From the NCBI GenBank assembly GCA_963822965.1, contig CAWGJT010000006.1, positions 532,982 through 596,981 of the forward strand: DNA of 64,000 nt, written 5' to 3'. Of the stretch, positions 56,908 through 64,000 are shown piece by piece. The stretch comes from an uncultured delta proteobacterium. GTDB lineage: Bacteria; Myxococcota_A; UBA9160; UBA4427. Position 1 is the stretch's first letter; each line of letters opens with the position of its first letter. The notes under the pieces were generated by a model that did no database searches, was not told where the DNA came from, and saw nothing but the letters and a program-made list of their open reading frames with translations. A program made the position numbers and the translations under genes.

Positions 56908-58983
56908 TCACCGCAGCCGGAGCCGGGTGCGGACGCGTTCGCCCTCGACCTTCGCCGAGACGTCGATGTCGCCGATCGTGATGCGATCCGGCTGCACGCC
57001 TTTCTTCTCCAGGCGGCTGCGGACGGCGTCGGCCCGGCGCCGCGCCAGGATGCGCAGGTCGGCGTCGCCGTCCGCCGCCGGCGCCGCACCGCCCCGGATC
57101 TCGATCCCGAGCTTCGGGTTCGCCACCAGCATGGCCGCCACGGCTTCGAGCTTCGTGGGCTCGTCCCCTTCGAGCTCGTTACGCCCGGCCGGGAACCACG
57201 TCTGCTCGAGCTCCTCCGGCCGGAAGAGCTTGCCTCCCAAGGCGACCATGCCCCCCACCATCTTGAACGGGGTCTGGACGACCCGGGTGATCAGGGTGCG
57301 GAGCGTGTCCACCAGGGTGCCGGTGTAGCTGAAGGCCGGATCGTCGAGATCGCCCTCCACAGGTAGGTCGAGCCGGATGCGGCCGTTGGCGTCCGCCAGC
57401 AGGACGGCCGCCGTGGCCACCGGCAGGGACGTGGCGTCGGGGCTGGCGACGCTCTTGCCGAAGGCCACCGATTCCAGCGCGACCTCGTTGCGTCCCACCA
57501 CCCGTGCCTTCTCGACGTGCACCTCCATCTGCAGGCTGCCGCGACCGGCCTCGAGCTCGCGTCCCACGTAGCGCCCCGTGTAGGGGCTGAAGGACGAGAG
57601 CTCGACACCCTTCGCGGAGAGTGCGAGATCCAGGAACTCGCGCGGCGCCATGGGCGCCAGGGAGCCCTTCACGACGACGGGCGCATAGCCGTCGATGCTG
57701 GCCTCCGCTTCGAGTGCCGTGCGTCCGCCGGGCTCGGTCGTGAAGCCGTCGGCACGGATGCCGAGGTCTTCGAGCGCCACGCGGTACGCAGGCTCGAGCG
57801 TCCGGTCCTCGAAGCCCACGTTTCCGTTCGTGACCGACATGGGACCGATGCGGACCACGGTCGAGGAAGCGTCGCGCTCGCCGTCCTTCGCGGGGGCGTC
57901 GCCCTGGGCCGCTTCGCCCTCCCGAGCCGAGAAGACCTGCGCGACGTTCAGACCGGAGCTCTCCTGCACCAGCCGCAGCCGGGGTCCGGCGAGATCGACG
58001 CTGCCGACCGTGATCGCGAGGGGCTTGCTCGCGACGTCGATGTCGCGAACGTCGAGACTCTTCCAGGCCAGCAGCGGGGCTTCCACGTTGGGCTCACCCA
58101 CTGCCAGCGCCTTCACGCCGAGGGACCCCTGAAAGCGGATGCCACCCGGGGTTTCGGTTCCGGTTGCGAGCTTGCCCTTCAGCCCGAGGCGTCCGTCGCG
58201 CAGCTCGAGCCTCGCGAACGGCTCGACCCAAGGCTGGAGGGAGGAGAGCGGAAGGCTCTCGAGGTCGACGTCGAGAGCGAGCTGGAGCGGCTCGACGCGC
58301 AGCTTGCCTTTCACGCCCAGGCTGGCCCCGTCGCCGAGATCGACCTGCAGGCTGGCGGGGCCCGCTTCGGAGCCCACATCGGCCCGCAGCAGGCTCGAGA
58401 GATCGAGGTCGCTGGCCTCGAGATCGATGGACGCGATGTCGCGAGTCGCGGGCGGCTCGAGGGTGCGGTCGGCCAGGCGCAGGCGGCCTCCCGCGAGCGC
58501 CAGGCGCTGGATCGCGAGCGCGGCCAGGGGGGGCTCTCTCCCTTCCCGTCCGTCCGGGGCGGGCTCCTCCCGGGGCGCCTCCTCCTCCCCTTCCCCGCCC
58601 GCGAGAGGCACCCCGGCCACGACCGGCCCGTCCGGGGTGAGGGCGAGCTCGACGAACGGACCCGCGAGAGAGAGCTCTTCCACGATCAGGCTTCGCCGCA
58701 GCAGCGCGGGCGTGTCGACGTCGATTCGCAGCTCGTCGAAGGAGGCGGTGGGCTCGGCCCCGGGCGGTCCCATGGAGAACCCCGTCACCACGAGCCGCAG
58801 CCGGAACGGATCGAACGACACCTCCTTCACCCGGGCTTCCAGGGAGAGCTCTTCGTCGGCCAGGCGCGCGACCTGCGCCGCCAGGACCCGCGGCACGACC
58901 CCGTAGCCCAGCGCTGCGTACAGCAGCACGAGCCCGACGAGGACCGCCAGAACGATGGCAGCGATGCGAAGCGGGCGGCTCAC
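56908..58983 (-). CDS. large N-terminally anchored envelope protein, DUF748/AsmA-like (family call tentative)
   Basis: TM anchor LRIAAIVLAVLVGLVLLYAALG, long repetitive beta-rich region, C-terminus ...LRILARRRADAVRSRLEKKGV; start (GTG 58983) uncertain. Confidence 0.45.
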   Translation of the reverse strand: MSRPLRIAAIVLAVLVGLVLLYAALGYGVVPRVLAAQVARLADEELSLEARVKEVSFDPFRLRLVVTGFSMGPPGAEPTASFDELRIDVDTPALLRRSLIVEELSLAGPFVELALTPDGPVVAGVPLAGGEGEEEAPREEPAPDGREGREPPLAALAIQRLALAGGRLRLADRTLEPPATRDIASIDLEASDLDLSSLLRADVGSEAGPASLQVDLGDGASLGVKGKLRVEPLQLALDVDLESLPLSSLQPWVEPFARLELRDGRLGLKGKLATGTETPGGIRFQGSLGVKALAVGEPNVEAPLLAWKSLDVRDIDVASKPLAITVGSVDLAGPRLRLVQESSGLNVAQVFSAREGEAAQGDAPAKDGERDASSTVVRIGPMSVTNGNVGFEDRTLEPAYRVALEDLGIRADGFTTEPGGRTALEAEASIDGYAPVVVKGSLAPMAPREFLDLALSAKGVELSSFSPYTGRYVGRELEAGRGSLQMEVHVEKARVVGRNEVALESVAFGKSVASPDATSLPVATAAVLLADANGRIRLDLPVEGDLDDPAFSYTGTLVDTLRTLITRVVQTPFKMVGGMVALGGKLFRPEELEQTWFPAGRNELEGDEPTKLEAVAAMLVANPKLGIEIRGGAAPAADGDADLRILARRRADAVRSRLEKKGVQPDRITIGDIDVSAKVEGERVRTRLRLR

Positions 58984-59020
58984 GGCATGCGAAGCGGGTG
59001 GTTTCGGCGGACCCGGAGCA

Positions 59021-59979
59021 TCAGAAGTCGTAGACGAGGTTCGCGTAGTAGCGCCGGTCGTTGCGGGCCTCGTCGGTCTCGTGGGCATCGTAGATGTATA
59101 CGCCTCCAAGCTTGAAGGCCAGGCCCTCGATGTAGCCGATCGAGATCTTCCACTCGGCCCGCGACTCGAGCCGGAAGTTGGGCAGGTCCAGGAAGTCGGG
59201 CTGGTAGCTGGTGTCCCAGGAGAGCTTCATTCCCTCCATCATGTTCCAGGCGAGCTGAGCCGCGAGCAGACCGTTCCACTCCGTGCGCACCGGGTCGTCT
59301 CCGATCTTCGTGCAGATGAACGGGTCCGTGGGATCGGATTCGGGTCCCGTCGAGACGCAGCTCTTCGCGCGATCGTCCGTCAGGGTCTGGGCGATGCCGG
59401 TACCGGCGCGACCGATCACGTTCCAGGTCGTCGGTCTCGAGGAACTGGTAGCCCATGCCGCCGTCGAGGCCGAGGCGGTGGTTCCAGTCCTGCTCGGCGT
59501 CGTAACGATAGAAGGGCGAGAGGAACGGGAAGAAGTCTTGGTCGGGGATCAGGAAGTCGTGGAGTGTAACGGGTGTCGAACTGGTTGTCGGTCGTGTCCC
59601 CCGCGCTGCTCGCGAGGAAGTAGCGAGCCACGTAGTTCATCCGGAAGCGCTCGGTCTGGCGGTTCAGCGAGAAGCTCGCATTGACGTTCGTGTCCTTCGA
59701 CTTGCCGCTGGAGCCCGACCAGCCGGCGGACAGGGACTTCGTCCAGCCTTCGAGGAAGGTCGTGCCGAACACGCCCGGCTTCACCCCGTCGGGCGGCTTG
59801 ATCTCGCTCTTCGGGATCTCGATGCGCCCGAGCACGGCGTGCTCCAGGACGACCGTGTCCTCGGTCTCGAGGATGATCGATCCCTCGAGCTTCTCTCCGC
59901 TCTTGAGCTCGACCGTCTCGGCCTGGGCCGAGCCACAGAAGACGAGCCAGACGGCCAGCGCCGTCGCCGCGATTCGCAT
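59021..59979 (-). pseudogene. DUF481-like outer-membrane beta-barrel protein gene interrupted by two frameshifts (or sequencing indels)
   Basis: Signal peptide MRIAATALAVWLVFCGSAQA-ETVEL (ORF 59416..60057). The middle segment HDFLIPDQDFFPFLSPFYRYDAEQDWNHRLGLDGGMGYQFLETDDLE sits in a second frame. The C-terminus ...RYYANLVYDF (terminal Phe) sits in a third (ORF 59021..59419). Confidence 0.5.
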
Positions 59980-60156
59980 CTCACCACCCCTCGTACGAGT
60001 CTCCGGCGAAGTGCATGCTCCACCGGCGCCGCGACCGCCCCGGGACTCGCGGGGCACGCATTCTGGGGCAGGCCCGAGCGGGGGTCAACGCGGGGAGACC
60101 GCTTCGAAGGGCTCCCCGGACTCCCAGTCAGCCCAGGGGCGGACCGGGAGGGATTT

Positions 60157-61026
60157 CTACACGACGAAGCGCCAGGCGTCGCCGTCGCGGACGATGCGAC
60201 CCGCCGACGGGGTGGCGAAGTGTGTGCCGAACACCAGGGTGGGGGTGTCCGCGTAGCGCTCGAGGAACGCGCGGCGGGTGGCCCGGGCGGTCTCCGGCTG
60301 CCAGTCGGCGCTGCTCTCCCACTCGGGGTGCGCGCACTGCACCGGGTGGTGCATGAGATCGCCGGTGATGACGGCTTCGTACCCCGCCGAGGAGATGCGG
60401 ACGCTCACGTGGCCCGGCGTGTGGCCCGGCGTGGGCTCCAGCCGGACCTCGTCCGTGACGGCGTGGTCGACGGCCACGAAGTCGACGAGCCCCGCCTCCA
60501 CCACCGGGTGCACCGAGTCGCCCATCACGTCGCCGTAGCGGGTGTCGGCCTCCTTGGCCCAGTAGTCGAACTCGGTGCGTCCGAAGAGGTAGCGGGCGTT
60601 CGGGAAGGTGGGCACCCAGCGGCCTTCCTCCAGGCGCGTGTTCCAGCCGACGTGGTCCACGTGCAGGTGCGTGCACAGCACGCGGTCGACGGACTCGGGC
60701 GCGTGTCCGGCCTCGGCCAGATCCTCGAGGAAGGGGCCCGTCCGCTCGTTCCAGCCGGGAATCGGACGCTGCTTGTCGTTGCCCACGCAGGTGTCGACGA
60801 GCACCTTGCAGCCTCCGCTCTCGATCACCAGCGCGTGGACGCTCATGGAGGCGATGCCCGCAGCGTCGGCGAAGTGCGGCTGCAGCCAGGTCTCCTTCGC
60901 GAGATTCTCGGGTGTGGCCTGGGGGATGATCCAGGTGGCGGGGCCGGGAATCTCGAGCTCCACCACCCGGGTGACGGTGACGTCTCCGATCTTCCAGCGT
61001 CGAAAGATCTGGTCGCTCTTCGCCAT
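60157..61026 (-). CDS. MBL-fold metallo-hydrolase
   Basis: THLHVDHVGW (HxHxDH), downstream His/Asp ligands; 289 aa. Confidence 0.8.
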   Translation of the reverse strand: MAKSDQIFRRWKIGDVTVTRVVELEIPGPATWIIPQATPENLAKETWLQPHFADAAGIASMSVHALVIESGGCKVLVDTCVGNDKQRPIPGWNERTGPFLEDLAEAGHAPESVDRVLCTHLHVDHVGWNTRLEEGRWVPTFPNARYLFGRTEFDYWAKEADTRYGDVMGDSVHPVVEAGLVDFVAVDHAVTDEVRLEPTPGHTPGHVSVRISSAGYEAVITGDLMHHPVQCAHPEWESSADWQPETARATRRAFLERYADTPTLVFGTHFATPSAGRIVRDGDAWRFVV

Positions 61027-61079
61027 CGCACGGTCCTCCTGCTTCGGCCCTGGGGGAAGGGCGAGTATACTGGTCCGCG

Positions 61080-61845
61080 GTGCCGCGACCCCGACTCTCC
61101 CTCGTGCGCGCGCTGCTGCGCGGCCCGGCTCGGGCGCTGTGCGGGCTTCTCGTCGCCTGGGCGGCTCCGGCGGTGGCCGGACCGCCGCTCGTCACCGACG
61201 GGTACCGCGGCGCCGGGAGAGCTGCAGGCGATCCTGGCGGGATCCGGCAGCGAGCGCGGGGCCGCGAAGTCGTTCCAGGCACCCCTCGTGGATCTCGCCT
61301 ACGGCCTGATTCCGGGATTCGAGCTCGACGTCGTGCTGTCGGTCAACCACGCGGACGACAGCCGGAAGGCGAGCCTCGGGTACAACGCCACCCTGCTGCT
61401 GCTGGGCTTCAAGTGGCAGCTCGTCGCGCACGAGCGTTGGACGGTCGCCGTCACCCCCGCCGGCGGGCTCGATCTCGACGACCTCGACAACGCCACGGGC
61501 TTCGTGCCCGTGGAGGTGGAGTACCGGCCGGACCGCTGGCGCCTCGGTGGCGAGGCGGGATACGTGCCCCAGCAGGGTGGGCCCGACGGCTGGCAGGCCG
61601 GCGCCTACGCGGCGCGCGGCTTCGACGCCGGCAGCGAGCTGATGGGTGAGATCTGGTGCGCGGCCCTCCGCGACGTGGACGATCCGTCGGTCAACTGGCA
61701 GCTGGGTGTCGATTGGGCCGCCGAGCCCTGGCTGCATGTGCTGGCGGCCGGCGGCACCGGCACCGTGGGAGGCGGAGGTGGCCCGCGCCGGGGCTGGACC
61801 GCCTACCTGGGCGTGCAGCTCCTGGTGCACCCGTTCGATCCCTGA
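61080..61845 (+). pseudogene. outer-membrane beta-barrel protein (MetA-pathway phenol-degradation-like family, tentative) with a frameshift near 61200-61215
   Basis: Signal peptide VPRPRLSLVRALLRGPARALCGLLVAWAAPAVAG in frame of ORF 61080..61649. Mature part ...FQAPLVDLAYGLIPGFELDVVLSVNHADDS...LLVHPFDP sits in the frame of ORF 59839..61845. Confidence 0.4.
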
Positions 61846-61895
61846 CAGGGCCCCGCGCGCGAGGGGCGCGGGGAGCCCCGTCGGGGCGCGGCGGC

Positions 61896-62534
61896 TCAGT
61901 CGTCTCCGCCGCCGTTCAGCAACGCGCACGCCTCGTGGACGAACTCGAGGGTCGCGCGCTCGTCCTGGGCGATGGTCTGCAGCATGAACTGGGTCTCGGG
62001 GTCGTGGTCGAGGCGCGCCGCCATGTCGAAGATGGGCTGGATCGCCGCATCCACGTCCGGGAACTGCTTCACGAAGTCGGCGATCTTGCGGGCGTCGCCC
62101 TTCGCGGAGTCGCCGGCGCCCCGCATGGTCTCCTGGTAGACGGCCTCGGGAATCTCGAAGCTCGGCGTGGCGCCGAGCTCCTTCAGGCGCGCCTCGAGCA
62201 GGCGGGCGTGCATGCCCTCCCGCTGCTGGATGGTGCGCAGGCCGCCCTTCACGCAGGCCCGGTCGGAGACCTGGATCCAGGCGCCGAGGGACGCCTCGCC
62301 GAGCGCCTCGCCAGCCCGGAACTGGTCGAGGAACGCGACGAGCGCGTCGTGGGAGACCGCCGGGGGGGATGCCGGGGCTCCCTCGCGCTTCTCCAGGCGC
62401 TCGAGCCGCTCGACGATCTCGTCCTGCTGTCTGCGGATCTTCGAGAGCTTCTTGTCGATCTTCTTGAAGAAGTCGCGGGCCTCCTTGCCGGCGTGCCTCT
62501 CCTCGTGCTCGTGCTCGTGCTTGTCCTTGGACAT
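61896..62534 (-). CDS. ferritin-like four-helix-bundle domain protein with N-terminal His/Glu repeat (hypothetical)
   Basis: MSKDKHEHEHEERHAGKEARDFF..., coiled-coil, then E/H-containing helices (REGMHARLLEARLKELG; QDERATLEFVHEA); GAGGAG RBS before ATG 62534. Confidence 0.45.
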   Translation of the reverse strand: MSKDKHEHEHEERHAGKEARDFFKKIDKKLSKIRRQQDEIVERLERLEKREGAPASPPAVSHDALVAFLDQFRAGEALGEASLGAWIQVSDRACVKGGLRTIQQREGMHARLLEARLKELGATPSFEIPEAVYQETMRGAGDSAKGDARKIADFVKQFPDVDAAIQPIFDMAARLDHDPETQFMLQTIAQDERATLEFVHEACALLNGGGDD

Positions 62535-62627
62535 GGGGGGCTCCTCGCGCGGGGGGTCGGGCTCGGGATGCAGCCGTCCGGAACAGCGTAGTCGAAGCCG
62601 GCCGGATCCGGGAAGGCGGGATTCCGG

Positions 62628-62633
62628 TAGAAT
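62628..62633 (+). promoter_or_regulatory. candidate -10 element TAGAAT (ccggTAGAATgacg) upstream of the LLM gene
   Basis: Same CGGTAGAAT motif as at 20432 and 22791; 34 nt upstream of ATG 62668. Confidence 0.4.
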
Positions 62634-62667
62634 GACGAATCCCAGCTTCCTTCCCAGGAGACCCCCC

Positions 62668-63531
62668 ATGAAGTTCGGCCTGATGTTCGTCAATTCCGGG
62701 CCCTTCTCGGTACCCGAGACCTTCGACACCCTGGTCCGCACCGCCGACGAGGTGGGCTTCGAGTCGCTCTGGACCGTCGAGCACGTCGTGGTCCCCGTGG
62801 GCTACGAGTCCGAGTACCCGTACAGCCCGACCGGCAAGATGCCCGGGGACGAGACCTCGCCGATTCCCGATCCGCTGCTGCCCCTGGCCTATGCGGCGGC
62901 CGTCACGAAGAAGATCCGCCTGGGAACCGGCATCCTGATCCTGCCCCAGCGCCACCCCGCCTACGTCGCCAAGGAGTTCGCGACCCTGGACGTGCTCTCC
63001 CGCGGGCGCGCGATGGCCGGCGTGGGCATCGGCTGGCTGCGCGAGGAGTTCGACGTGGTGGGGGTCCCGTTCCGCGAGCGCGCCGCGCGCACCGAGGAGG
63101 CCGTGCGCGCCATCCGTTCCCTGTGGAGCGAAGGCGCGCAGCCCTTCGAGGGTGAGTACTACCGCTGGAAGGCGGTGGAGTCGAACCCCAAGCCCGTGCA
63201 GAAGCCCGGCGTGCCCATCGTCGTCGGGGGCCACGTGGAGGGTGCCGCCCGCCGCGCCGCACGCGTGGGCGACGGCTTCTTTCCGGCGCGGGGCGACCTC
63301 CCGACCCTCAAGCCCCTGCTCGACGCCCTGCGCGACGAGTGCGGCAAGACGGGCCGAAATCCCGACGAGATCGAGATCTCGACGGGTGCGCCCTCCCTCG
63401 ACCTCGACACCGTTCGGCGTTACGAGGACCTGGGCGTCGCGCGGCTGGTGATGGCGCCGCCCGCCTTCGACCCCGAGGGCCTGAAGGCCGCCCTGCCGAA
63501 GCTCGCCGAGGACCTGATCCGGAAGGCCTGA
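62668..63531 (+). CDS. LLM class F420/flavin-dependent oxidoreductase
   Basis: MKFGLMFVN..., LWTVEHVVVP, GILILPQRHP; AGGAG RBS before ATG. Confidence 0.75.
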   Translation: MKFGLMFVNSGPFSVPETFDTLVRTADEVGFESLWTVEHVVVPVGYESEYPYSPTGKMPGDETSPIPDPLLPLAYAAAVTKKIRLGTGILILPQRHPAYVAKEFATLDVLSRGRAMAGVGIGWLREEFDVVGVPFRERAARTEEAVRAIRSLWSEGAQPFEGEYYRWKAVESNPKPVQKPGVPIVVGGHVEGAARRAARVGDGFFPARGDLPTLKPLLDALRDECGKTGRNPDEIEISTGAPSLDLDTVRRYEDLGVARLVMAPPAFDPEGLKAALPKLAEDLIRKA

Positions 63532-63587
63532 CCCGCGTGCGCCGCGTCGGCGCGCCACGGACGGGAGACGCGGGAGGCCCCATCGGA

Positions 63588-64000
63588 ATGCCGAAGCCGT
63601 ACGCGCGAAGCGACGAGCCGGAGCAGCGGAAGGCACCGGAAGGGCGAGAGGAGCAGCTCCTGGCGCGCATCGCCGCCCTCGAGGCGCGCCTCGCCGCCGT
63701 GGAGAGCGTGCAGGCGATCGAGCGGCTGAAGTCGCGCTACGGCCAGCTGGCCGACAGCCGCTATGGACCGGACGGCGTGGTCCCGCGCGAGCGGCTCGAG
63801 CGCATCGCCGGCGAGCTCGCGGCGCTCTTCCACGAGGACGCCGTATGGGACGGCGGCCCGGGCCTCGGGGTCTGCCGCGGGCGCGAGGCGATCCGGCAGC
63901 GCTTCCTCGAGCCCACCCTCTCCTTCTCGTGGCACTACTTCGTGAAGCCCCACATCGAGGTCGAGGGGGACCGTGCACGCGGTACCTGGGACATCCTCGC
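63588..64000 (+). CDS. NTF2-like / SnoaL-like domain protein; partial, runs off window end
   Basis: GGGAGG RBS + ATG; MPKPYARSDE...LEARLAAVESVQAIERLKSRYGQLADSRY... typical NTF2-like N-terminal helix; not in ORF track because it is truncated by the window edge. Confidence 0.5.
   Translation, partial: MPKPYARSDEPEQRKAPEGREEQLLARIAALEARLAAVESVQAIERLKSRYGQLADSRYGPDGVVPRERLERIAGELAALFHEDAVWDGGPGLGVCRGREAIRQRFLEPTLSFSWHYFVKPHIEVEGDRARGTWDIL

Noticed and set aside
58955-59015. Possible third, degenerate copy of the 187-bp repeat (shadow-ORF peptide SGWFRRTRSIR resembles MRLSRSGWFRRSRAIR from the repeat)
   Set aside because: Nucleotide alignment gives only about 17/30 identities over the best stretch, and it lies inside a coding 5' end. 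Most likely chance similarity of GC-rich sequence.

Overview
High-GC (about 70%) bacterial chromosomal segment with extreme GC3 codon bias. Because of that bias the six-frame track is full of long shadow ORFs; I picked real genes by protein-family signatures, RBS/start context and overlapping-stop (ATGA/GTGA/TTGA) junctions. Gene content is mostly metabolism and envelope: three LLM-class flavin/F420 oxidoreductases, several SDRs, two crotonases, an acyl-CoA synthetase, a Rieske oxygenase, a carotenoid-cleavage oxygenase, a sulfatase, a complete pstSCAB operon divergent from phoU-phoB-phoR, an RND efflux operon, an NfeD-flotillin pair, MscS, prs, MurG, an arsR-arsI pair, TetR regulators and outer-membrane proteins. 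The main finding is a complete type IIB topoisomerase (Topo VI) whose A and B subunit genes both carry lysine-rich histone-H1-like N-terminal tails. The two genes are separated by a co-oriented RND efflux operon, and next to that operon sits one copy of a ~187-bp dispersed repeat; a second copy lies 24 kb away. Other observations: an MFP-RND junction with no stop codon; several -1 frameshifts in conserved genes, which may be pseudogenes or homopolymer indel errors; candidate Pho-box repeats; a TetR operator palindrome in an AT-rich island; a recurrent CGGTAGAAT -10-like promoter motif; and several coding and intergenic tandem repeats. No rRNA, tRNA, CRISPR array or obvious transposase was found by eye.
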